Assembly: GCA_030141605.1 (NCBI GenBank)
Contig: JAQGDQ010002015.1
Coordinates: forward strand, 1-17,741
Length of the DNA stretch: 17,741 nucleotides
Direction: 5' to 3'
Origin: Tubiluchus corallicola
Taxonomy: Eukaryota; Animalia; Priapulida
Shown: piece after piece, positions 1 to 12,016 of the stretch
Layout of the letters: every line of letters starts with the position of its first letter
How positions within the stretch are numbered: the first letter of the stretch is position 1
Translations under genes and position numbers: made by a program
The notes under the pieces: generated by a model
What the model was told of the DNA's origin: nothing
What the model saw: only the letters and a program-made list of their open reading frames with translations
Databases searched by the model: none

Positions 1-415
1 AGAACAAACATTCCATGAGCAGGTTAAAATTGAAATAGAGTACCACTGTACAACATTCAGTGTAATACACAGAAACTCGATAAAGTTTAAGATAAAAATT
101 GAAATTTTAAATTTACCGCTGCGCTCACGCACGAGCTCTCGAACGCGTGTACTACGTCACAAATGAACAATTCTAAACTAAACGGTACAGCAGCTGTTTT
201 TCTTGCAACGAAATACGGGCGCTGGTGCCCATCTAATCAACAACCGGCGAAATGCATGTCACAGCAAAGAACTAGCCGCGCAAACTCCAAATTACTTTTG
301 TTTGGTAATAATTCTTTCACTTAAGTCATTCTTTAAAAGATGTGTTTCTTTCCAATATTTTAAAATTTTATTTGTTTTGTTGTACACTTTAGGGTTGGAT
401 CCGATTGCCTTTTAA
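1..415. mobile_element. Diverged terminal part of a dispersed non-autonomous DNA element (possibly Kolobok-like; ends ...GCCTT-TTAA)
   Basis: Colinear similarity by eye to 15350-15682 (direct) and 10711-11090 (inverted), e.g. GGTAATAATTCTTTCACTTAAGTCATT vs GGTAGTAATTCTTTCATGTAAGTCATT. Homology stops at TTAA 412-415. The Kolobok label rests only on TTAA plus a pyrimidine terminus and is tentative. Confidence 0.6.
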
Positions 416-601
416 ACACAAAACTTAGGAGTAAATTTGAACAAACGAACTAGAAGTTGTTGATTTTTTTATGTTTTTAAAAACTTCTGTTGAAAATTAA
501 GAAAAACGTTCTACTTTCATCATCATAATTACCACCAGCGTCACTGCTGTTGCTGCCGCTATAACCACACATTTTTACGCCATGTTCGTCTTTTTGCACA
601 G

Positions 602-758
602 AATTGGGCCTACCTCCTAGAAGAGTCGAATATTAGGATCAGAGTGGCCATTTTGAGCTTTGGGCGGGTAGTAAAATTCGAGTCTTCACTACTTTTTGAG
701 AGTTACCGCTCCCTGGAGCAAGTTATTCGTGCAATCGACCGCGTACCTTACTTTCAAC
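602..758 (+). CDS. Internal exon of a vWA-domain protein (NWAYLLEESNIRIRVAILSFGRVVKFESSLLFESYRSLEQVIRAIDRVPYFQ)
   Basis: Acceptor tttttgcacAG (600-601), donor AAC|GTGAGT (759); 157 nt, ends in phase 1. RVAILSFG and SLEQVIRAIDRVPY match the vWA beta-B strand and the following helix. Not in the ORF track because it lacks a start codon. Confidence 0.85.
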
Positions 759-905
759 GTGAGTAGACATTACATCAATAAATTAGTGGTGCTGTTGTTG
801 TTGTTGTTGCTGTTGTTGTTGCTCCCTGGAGCAAGTTATTCGTGCAATCGACCGCGTACCTTACTTTCAACGTGAGTAGACGTTACATCAATAAATTAGT
901 GGTGC

Positions 906-941
<36 letters not shown>

Positions 942-1331
942 GTTGTTGTTGTTGTTGTTGTTGCTGTTGTTGTTGCTCCCTGGACCAAGTTATTCGTGCA
1001 ATCGACCGCGTACCTTACTTTCAACGTGAGTAAACATTACATCAATAAATTAGTGGTGCTGTTGTTGTTGTTGTTGTTGTTGTTGTTGTGTTGTTGTTGT
1101 TGTTGTTGTTGTTGCTCCCTGGAGGAAGTTATTCGTGCAATCAACCGCGTACCTTACTTTCAACGTGAGTAGACGTTACATCAATAAATTAGTGGTGCTT
1201 TGTTGTTGTTGTTGTTGTTGTGTTGTTGTTGTTGTTGTTGTTGTTGCTCCCTGGAGGAAGTTATTCGTGCAATCAACCGTGTACCGTACTTTCAACGTGA
1301 GTAGACATTACATCAGTAAATTAGTGGTGCT

Positions 1332-1372
<41 letters not shown>

Positions 1373-1458
1373 GCTCCCTGGAGCAAGTTATTCGTGCAAT
1401 CGACCGCGTACCTTACTTTCAACGTGAGTAGACGTTACATCAATAAATTAGTGGAGCT

Positions 1459-1505
<47 letters not shown>

Positions 1506-1600
1506 ATTGTTGTTGCTCCCTGGAGGAAGTTATTCGTGCAATCAACCGCGTACCTTACTTTCAACGTGAGTAGACATTACATCAATAAATTAGTGGAGCT

Positions 1601-1632
<32 letters not shown>

Positions 1633-1756
1633 ATTGTTGTTGCTCCCTGGAGCAAGTTATTCGTGCAATCAACCGTGTACCTCACTTTCAACGTGAGTAG
1701 ACATTACATCAATAAATTAGTGGTGCTTTGTTGTTGTTGTTGTTGTTGTTGTTGTT

Positions 1757-1789
<33 letters not shown>

Positions 1790-1916
1790 GCTCCCTGGAG
1801 CAAGTTATTCGTGCAATCGACCGCGTACCTTACTTTCAACGTGAGTAGACGTTACATCAGTAAATTAGTGGTGCTTTGTTGTTGTTGTTGTTGTTGTTGT
1901 TATTGTTGTTGTTGTT
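708..1916 (+). repeat. 9-copy tandem repeat: exon 3' end + splice donor + intron start (~85 bp) followed by variable (GTT)n
   Basis: GCTCCCTGG starts at 708, 821, 975, 1114, 1246, 1373, 1515, 1642 and 1790. Period is 113-154 bp, with the variation in the GTT tract. Confidence 0.97.
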
Positions 1917-2571
1917 ACAGTAAGTTGGTATCCAACAGTTGATGACAGGGTTCTGATAACTTATAGGATTGTGCATGCAGCTGGACCAGAATCTAGCCAG
2001 TTACCAGGCAGGGTCTTGACATGTTTGCCTTCACATTTATTCTCATTTCGTCTAGAGAATAGAATGAGGATTGTGGCAAACGATGTTCCACTTAAAGTCA
2101 ATTTTCTGAGCAGCCGCCACTCTTCCATTTACTTACCGGGCTCGACGTTGTTTAAGTTTGGTCACTAAGCACATGCATTTTGAGCAAGCAGTTGCTTTCG
2201 ATATCGGTTAAACCGGCTCAGTAGTTACATGTTTTTAACGGCTGAAGTTAAACAACATTGAGCCTAGTTAGTAAATGGGTAGGTAAACTATTTCTAGGCA
2301 GTGTCATCAATCATAACTGTCATGTTATACAAAGTTCCTGACAGTTTGCCTTTTTGGGATCTATACGAATTTAAAAGTGGCTAAGGTACCTCTTGTGGTG
2401 CAGTGGCTCATCTTACAGGAATATCATTGATAACGAGCAAGGTTCCAGTGTCGCCATAATCGTTTATGTTAAGCAAGCTTTGATGCTGAGTGAGAGTCTC
2501 AATTATTGCAACGGACAAAACTAGATAAAAATGAATTTTATATTAAATTCATTTTGCTTTTGTTTTTCTAG

Positions 2572-2799
2572 GTTCAGTAAGAAAATGTCCCCTGCAGAGG
2601 ACGCCATTTGGCTTTGTGGAGTACGACGGTTGCGCCACCTGTACCGACAAAGTGCTAACTGTGTCAGAATACATACTCTTGAATAGCGGAAAGTCACGTG
2701 ATACGGCTACCAAAGCTATTATTCTCATCACAGATGGCAGATCAAATTGTGCTGACGAGTTTCGCACATGCGCAGTTGCTGGGAGGCTAAAAAATGCTG
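2572..2799 (+). CDS. Internal exon of vWA-domain protein (RSVRKCPLQRTPFGFVEYDGCATCTDKVL...KAIILITDGRSNCADEFRTCAVAGRLKNA)
   Basis: Acceptor tgtttttctAG (2570-2571), donor CTG|GTAAGC (2800); 228 nt, phase 1-1, in frame with both neighbours. Contains the vWA hallmark ILITDG.S and the G..T.T MIDAS loop. Confidence 0.9.
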
Positions 2800-2821
2800 G
2801 TAAGCAACTGAGGGTTGGGGG

Positions 2822-3104
2822 GGGGGGTGACAATTCTCTAACAAAATGCGTATTCGAGTCGAATTTGTGACTTTCGAATTCGAATCGAATCGAATTTCAG
2901 TATTTCGAACTCGAATTAAATTTTAAAGATTTTCGAACAGGTTTTCGAACTGCAAGGAAAAGGTGATCTTACAAAGATCATGCATATTGCTCGATTTTGC
3001 TCAGAAATCACAGCTAAACTGCGCTAATTGCATGGCGTTTCAAAAGTTTTAGTGATAAAGAACTCATTTGGCTGAAGTGCTGAATTATTCGAATCTATTG
3101 TTTT
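2822..3104 (+). mobile_element. Degenerate, 3'-truncated copy of the hAT MITE at 9761-10168
   Basis: Shares GAATTTGTGACTTTCGAATTCGAATCGAA, TCTTACAAAG.TCATGCATAT, GTTTTAGTGATAAAGAAC and TGAAGTGCTGAATTATTCGAATCTAT in order. The left TIR has decayed and the right TIR is absent. Confidence 0.85.
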
Positions 3105-3929
3105 ATCAATTTGTTCTATCAATCAGTTTGATGGGTAAACAATGCCACGTGATCGTTTCACTGCCATCGTGAAGAACGAAACTGTAGCGGGGGTGTCTCC
3201 TCCTGGCGGTGAAAAGTTTTTCTCCAGAAATGTTGAAGAAATGACTAGAAATATGAAAAAAATACATTTTAAAACTGGTTTTATAATAGATTAATAAATC
3301 TAATTTATTCTCCATTTGCAGAAATAAATGTGTTTTTTTGCACATAAATACACTTCATGTATAATATACGAAATAGAACTACAGTTATCCTATTTAATTA
3401 CATATATAGATTAATGGGCATAGAAGTTATCCGTGTTTTTCAATCAATATTTTCTAATGCACACTGTGCATTACAGCACGATTGATACGAATATCTGTAA
3501 AATAAATATGATGAACCTTATTTAAAATCTAAAATGTCACCGTTGTCTGACGTTGTGAAAAAGGCTTTTGTCAATATATGTAGTAACATAAACCAAACTC
3601 CTTTAGTGGCACAAAAACTTTATTATTGACTGTTTTTTCGGTACACTATGTTGTGACTACTAGATTAAAACTGTAAAAGCTCAAATCCGTTGAAACTGGT
3701 TAACCTTTGGTAATGCATATCAGAAACCAGTCAGGTGAGAAAATGATTCACTGTAGTCTAACTTGCTGTAAAGTTGTAATGTTGCTAAAGTTTATAAAGT
3801 TCATAAACAAACTCGTGAACTAGTTCACGACAGACGTTACTCCGCCTACAGCCGTGCTGCGCGCGCATATTACTTGTGGCGCCCTCTCGCGTCCGATTGT
3901 GAAAATAATACCGTTTCGCTTTTTTTCAG

Positions 3930-4081
3930 GTGTTGATATCTTCGTTCATGCCGTGGGAGAGCTGATCTATGAGCCGGAAATCCTCTGCATTGCAAGTGAC
4001 GGGAATTTTAATCTGAACACAAATTACGAACAAACTTGCGAAGTAACTTCCCTCGCCAGAGAGACAGGAGTGCAGAAATGA
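3930..4081 (+). CDS. Terminal coding exon of vWA-domain protein (GVDIFVHAVGELIYEPEILCIASDGNFNLNTNYEQTCEVTSLARETGVQK*)
   Basis: Acceptor ttttttcAG (3928-3929), phase 1. GV.IF..AVG and E...IAS are the canonical vWA C-terminal strand and helix. TGA stop at 4079-4081. Confidence 0.88.
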
Positions 4082-4309
4082 TGGAAGAAAATCCATGTTT
4101 TTTCCCGAAAATCATAATTTTACTGTGTAAAATAAGCTTACCAAGACAGGATAAAAAATGACCCCAGCTCTGTTTCATTTTTTATGTTGATGGAGACAAC
4201 GTAAAATTATCAAACCTGTTCTGAAAGTCATTTTTGAAGTTGTTGTTCAGTCACTTTGTTATGATTGAGTTTAGGCACAGAGAAGTGTGAATAGGAACCA
4301 AAAATCTAT

Positions 4310-4315
4310 AATAAA
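4310..4315 (+). promoter_or_regulatory. Candidate polyadenylation signal AATAAA for the vWA gene
   Basis: AATAAA about 230 nt after the stop codon. The hexamer is common in AT-rich DNA, so support is weak. Confidence 0.35.
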
Positions 4316-4788
4316 TATTTGCACTGCACACAACAGAAAACTGCTGCACTGAACATTGAGAAAAACTAGAAAGCCAAAACAGTCAGTATAAACCTGCTTC
4401 ACAGCCAGTATACAGGTATAGAACTTGACCTATGCAGAGTTGCACAGGCTTCACAACAGCCATTAATTTTAGATAGGGGAGGACCAGTGTGTATGTAGTC
4501 ACTGGACAATACAAATATACTGAAGGTAAGTCAGCTGGTAGAATGTAACAAGATTAGCACATAGATGGCAGCACCTAATTACAAAGTACAATTCCGACTT
4601 CCACACCTGTAGTGATTAAATATTTTTCAATTTGTTATGTAACCATACCTTGGTTTTGTTAAAAACTGTTCATGCTATTTTACAAAACACGAGTGTCAGA
4701 TACTAGCTGACTAGGGGGGTAAGTTCTTAGCCCCTTGGTCGTTTACGTAGGCAAAATTTTGGAATTTACTTTGCAGTATTTTTCTTTC

Positions 4789-7397
4789 TGGCAACACCAT
4801 GCGTTTACTTTGACAACTCTAAGAAGTGCTGCAATCCTTAGAATTGCAACATGGCAACACCATACGTTTACCTTGACAACTCTAAGAACTGCTGCAAACT
4901 TCAGAATTGCAACATGACAAAAAACCATACGTTTACCTTGACAACTCTAAGAACTGCTGTAAACCTCAGAATTGCAACATGGCAACACCATACGTTTAGC
5001 TTGACAACTCTAAGAACTGCTGCAAACCTCAGAATTGCAACATGGCAACATCATACGTTTAGCTTGACAACTCTAAGAACTGCTGCAAACCTCAGAATTG
5101 CAACATGGCAACACCATACGTTTACCTTGACAACTCTAAGAACTGCTGCAATCCTCAGAATTGCAAAGTGGCAACACCATACGTTTACCTTGACAACTCT
5201 GAGAAGTGCTGCAAACCTCAGAATTGCAACATGGCAACACCATACGTTTACCTTGACAACTCTAAGAAATGCTGTAATCCTCAGAATTGCAACATGGCAA
5301 CACCATATGTTTACCTTGACAACTCTAAGAACTGCTGCAATCCTCAGAATTGCAACATGACAACACCATACGTTTACCTTGACAACTCTAAGAACTGCTG
5401 CAATCCTCAGAATTGCAACATGGCAAAACCATACGTTTACCTTGACAACTCTAAGAACTGCTGCAATCCTCAGAATTGCAACATGGCAACACCATACGTT
5501 TACCTTGACAACTCTAAGAACTGCTGCAATCCTCAGAATTGCAACATGGCAACACCATACGTTTACCTTGACAACTCTAAGAAGTGCTGCAATCCTTAGA
5601 ATTGCAACATGGCAACACCATACGTTTACCTTGACAACTCTAAGAACTGCTGCAATCCTCAGAATTGCAACATGGCAACACCATACGTTTACCTTGACAA
5701 CTCTAAGAAGTGCTGCAATCCTTAGAATTGCAACATGGCAACATCATACGCTTACCTTGACAACTCTAAGAACTGCTGCAAGCCTCAGAACTGCAACACC
5801 ATACGCTTACTTTGACAACTCTGAGAAGTGCTACAATCCTCAGAATTGCAACATGGCAACACCATACGCTTACCTTGACAACTCTAAGAACTGCTGCAAT
5901 CCTCAGAATTGCAACATGGCAACACCATACGTTTACCTTGACAACTCTAAGAAGTGCTGCAATCCTCAGAATTGCAACATGGCAACACCATACGTTTACC
6001 TTGACAACTCTAAGAAGTGCTGCAATCCTTAGAATTGCAACATGGCAACATCATACGCTTACCTTGACAACTCTAAGAACTGCTGCAAGCCTCAGAACTG
6101 CAACACCATACGCTTACTTTGACAACTCTGAGAAGTGCTACAATCCTCAGAATTGCAACATGGCAACACCATACGCTTACCTTGACAACTCTAAGAACTG
6201 CTGCAATCCTCAGAATTGCAACATGGCAACACCATACGTTTACCTTGACAACTCTAAGAACTGCTGCAATCCTCAGAATTGCAAAGTGGCAACACCATAC
6301 GTTTACCTTGACAACTCTGAGAAGTGCTGCAATCCTCAGAATTGCAACATGGCAACACCATACGTTTACCTTGACAACTCTGAGAACTGCTGCAATCCTC
6401 AGAATTGCAACATGGCAACACCATACGTTTACCTTGACAACTCTAAGAAGTGCTGCAATCCTCAGAATTGCAACATGGCAACACCATACGTTTACCTTGA
6501 CAACTCTAAGAACTGCTGCAATCCTCAGTATTGCAACATGGCAACACCATACGTTTACCTTGACAACTCTAAGAAATGCTGCAATCCTCAGAATTGCAAC
6601 ATGGCAACACCATACGTTTACCTTGACAACTCTAAGAACTGCTGCAATCCTCAGAATTGCTACATGGCAACACCATACGTTTACCTTGACAACTCTAAGA
6701 ACTGCTGCAATCCTCAGAATTGCAACATGGCAACACCATACGTTTACCTTGACAACTCTAAGAACTGCTGCAATCCTCAGAATTGCAACATGGCAACACC
6801 ATACGTTTACCTTGACAACTCTGAGAACTGCTGCAATCCTCAGAATTGCAACATGGCAACACCATACGTTTACCTTCACAACTCTAAGAAGTGCTGCAAT
6901 CCTTAGAATTGCAACATGGCAACACCATACGTTTACCTTCACAACTCTAAGAACTGCTGCAATCCTCAGAATTGCAACATGGCAACACCATACGTTTACC
7001 TTGACAACTCTAAGAACTGCTGCAATCCTCAGTATTGCAACATGGCAACACCATACGTTTACCTTGACAACTCTAAGAAATGCTGCAATCCTCAGAATTG
7101 CAACATGGCAACACCATACGTTTACCTTGACAACTCTAAGAACTGCTGCAATCCTCAGAATTGCTACATGGCAACACCATACGTTTACCTTGACAACTCT
7201 AAGAACTGCTGCAATCCTCAGAATTGCAACATGGCAACACCATACGTTTACCTTGACAACTCTAAGAACTGCTGCAATCCTCAGAATTGCAACATGGCAA
7301 CACCATACGTTTGCCTTGACAACTCTAAGAAGTGCTGCAACCCTCAGAATTGCAACATGACAACACCACACGTTTACCTTGACAACTCTAACAAGTG
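4789..7397. repeat. 63-bp minisatellite, ~41 units (ATGGCAACACCATACGTTTACCTTGACAACTCTAAGAACTGCTGCAATCCTCAGAATTGCAAC)
   Basis: Directly visible. The 21-aa periodicity appears in three ORF frames, and two units carry an 8-bp deletion. Confidence 0.98.
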
Positions 7398-7649
7398 TCA
7401 TTCTATCCAATTAGTAACACATGTTAAGCAAAATTTTCATGGGGTAATTTGTTACCCCGCTTGGTCATTATTGTAATACAAAAACCCCTTGGTCGGCTAA
7501 GGGTTAATTAACAAAATTGAGATTTTGTTGCATTCTTACCAAACAGATGGCGCTCTTTCTTCCTGTTGTAGTGAAATTTCATTTTGATCAGTAGTTTTTG
7601 TGCAATAAGTAACAAAGAGACAGTGTATGACAGAGTTTGCAAAAACGAG

Positions 7650-8615
<966 letters not shown>

Positions 8616-8701
8616 TATTACAAAGACAAATTTATTTACGCAGCGTACCATCAAGGTGGATACTAATTTCTCTGGCTTCCTGTGAGCAAAGCCACAGATT
8701 C

Positions 8702-8713
8702 TGCGCATGCGCA
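8702..8713. promoter_or_regulatory. Perfect NRF1/EWG/P3A2-type palindrome TGCGCATGCGCA in a locally CpG-rich patch
   Basis: Exact match to the established NRF1 consensus; function here is inferred. Confidence 0.4.
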
Positions 8714-9423
8714 CGCATCCTGCGATTGTTTTCCTCGAGCACGCAGCAACAATCGCACGCTTCCCGACGGGAAACCAGTCTGTCTGGTTGCTTTCGGCTG
8801 TTTGTGTTCGGAACAAAGTCGTTCCAGTTGTTTGTTGCTGTGGAACGCGTTCTGTGGGAAGAATAACCAGCGGATTTGTGTGGTTAAGAAAAACTGTGAT
8901 AATGAGAAACAGCAGCATGTGAGGATTAAGCTTAAGTCTAGTGAAGATGTGCCAAGTGGTACGTATAGCTACAACGACTCTACCTCTTTGAAGTTTGAAA
9001 TCTAGGTTAAATAACTATGGAAGTTTTTGCTGAATCAATCAAAATGGCTTATTTATGATACTGCAGCAATGATCAGGCTGAAATAACAACAACAAAATAA
9101 TTACATATAATACTGCCATACCGCATACAGCGTAAGTACAAATATAAATGTTTCGAATTATGCTAATTTAAGAATTGTTCTTTTAATCACAAAAGTATAA
9201 CTGCAAATAATATACCGTTCTAAACGTTAAACATCCGCTTGGCACTGCATGGAGTTCTTATTGTTAAATGTGTTAAAAACTGTCTCCTGGCAAACAGCAA
9301 TATGGGTGCTCTTCATATGCTGAAATCTTCGAGATCCTCTATAGGTAACCTTAAAACATTATTATTGTACACAGACATATTTGTCGTACTATAAATATAA
9401 TTGTTTTAGCGGCAAACAACAGA

Positions 9424-10683
<1,260 letters not shown>

Positions 10684-10710
10684 CACTTGTTTAGTATTAA
10701 ATTTTATTGT

Positions 10711-11180
10711 TTAAATCAAAACAGGACCCAATTTTAAACTGCAGGTCAAGACAATCTACTTTTTTAAAATATTGAAAGAAACCATTTTTTAAAAATGACT
10801 TACGTGAAAGAATTATTACCACACAAACGAAATTTCGCGTTCGCACCACTAGTTCTTCGCTGCACATGCATTTCGCCGTTCGCTAGTCAGACGGGCTCTA
10901 GCGTCTAGCATTTTGGAAAAGCATGCACAAAAACAGGTGTTGTACCTCTCAGTTTTGATTTGTTCGTTTGTGACGAAGTGCATACGTTCGACAGCTCATC
11001 CTAGTTTTAGTACAGCACACTGAATATCTTACAGTAGCACTGTACTTCAATTTTCGCTTTTGCAAACACGTGCAACACTCTCATGGAATATTTTTGCTGT
11101 TGAAAATTATGTTAGTTTGTGACGTCATCAACAGTTGGGCTCGCCCCACGTTAATTAAGTTTGAATCTGTTAGTTAATTT
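10711..11180. mobile_element. Copy of the dispersed element seen at 1-415 (inverted), starting at TTAA
   Basis: The reverse complement aligns to 1-415, including the terminal TTGG.TCC...TTAA. The inner boundary is uncertain. Confidence 0.6.
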
Positions 11181-11223
11181 TTTCTTCATTTCGCTTTCTT
11201 GCATCGACTTAATCATTCCTTTG

Positions 11224-11633
11224 TCATTCATTCATTCATTCATTCATTCATTCATTCATTCATTCATTCATTCATTCATTCATTCATTCATTCATTCATT
11301 TATTCATTCATTCAGTCAGTCAGTCAGTCTGTGAGTCAGTCAGTAAATGATTCATTCATTCATTCATTCATTCATTCATTCATTCATTCATTCATTCGTT
11401 TATTCATTCATTCATTCGTTCATTCATTCATTCATTCATTCGTTCGTTTTTTTCATTTATTTATTTCTTTATTCTTTCTTTCATGCTTTCTTTCGTTCTT
11501 TCAATCATGCTAGTTCACTCATCCATTCATTCTTTCATTAATTCATTTATTTGTCCTTTCTTTCTTTCATTCGTTTTCGCTCAATCATTCATCCATCCAT
11601 CCATTCTTTCATTCAATCAATCATTCGTTTTCA
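11224..11633. repeat. (TCAT)n/(TCAG)n microsatellite grading into degenerate TTCA/TTCT low complexity
   Basis: Directly visible; mirrored at 14824-15225. Confidence 0.95.
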
Positions 11634-12016
11634 TTTTCCTGGATTAAACAAGAATGCGGTTACAGAATTCTGTAGGGAATTTTAAATTGACAGTCAAGGG
11701 ACTGAGTGACACAGATTTCATTGCTAATGGCAACTGACTGTTCCATTTACTATTGACGTTCAAATCAGTCAAACAAAGCTAATAGTCTTATACAGTAAAA
11801 GTAATATCCGTAGTATACGCCTTTTATATCATTGGCTTCCCTACTGTCTAGCCTATCTCTTTATGAATGCGCCCCCCCCCTTATAATGCCGACCTCGCTT
11901 AATGCACAAACATTCGGCAAAACAAAATATCTATACCTGCATGGACATGTGTGTGTTAAAGTATTTTGTATAGATATGTGTGCTATACTCTGTCTCCTTC
12001 AGCCTCGGGCAGCTAC

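Noticed and set aside
708-1916. CRISPR-like pattern of conserved repeats with variable spacers
   Set aside because: The repeats are ~85 bp of exon/intron sequence, the spacers are (GTT)n microsatellite, there are no cas genes, and the context is eukaryotic.
1911-1925. Recursive (ratchet) splice site at the array end, GTTACAGTAAGT
   Set aside because: The acceptor AG and donor GT share one G rather than forming AG|GT; at most a cryptic site.
4851-7476. Long ORFs, including a Cys-rich MATPYVYLDNSKNCCNPQNCN repeat protein
   Set aside because: A 63-bp unit stays open in three frames by construction. Stops and 8-bp deletions break each frame, and there is no unique N- or C-terminal coding context.
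8682-9005. Possible THAP or zinc-finger fragment (RFP...W, LCSE)
   Set aside because: The motif pieces fall in different frames, and the C2CH pattern and AVP box are absent.
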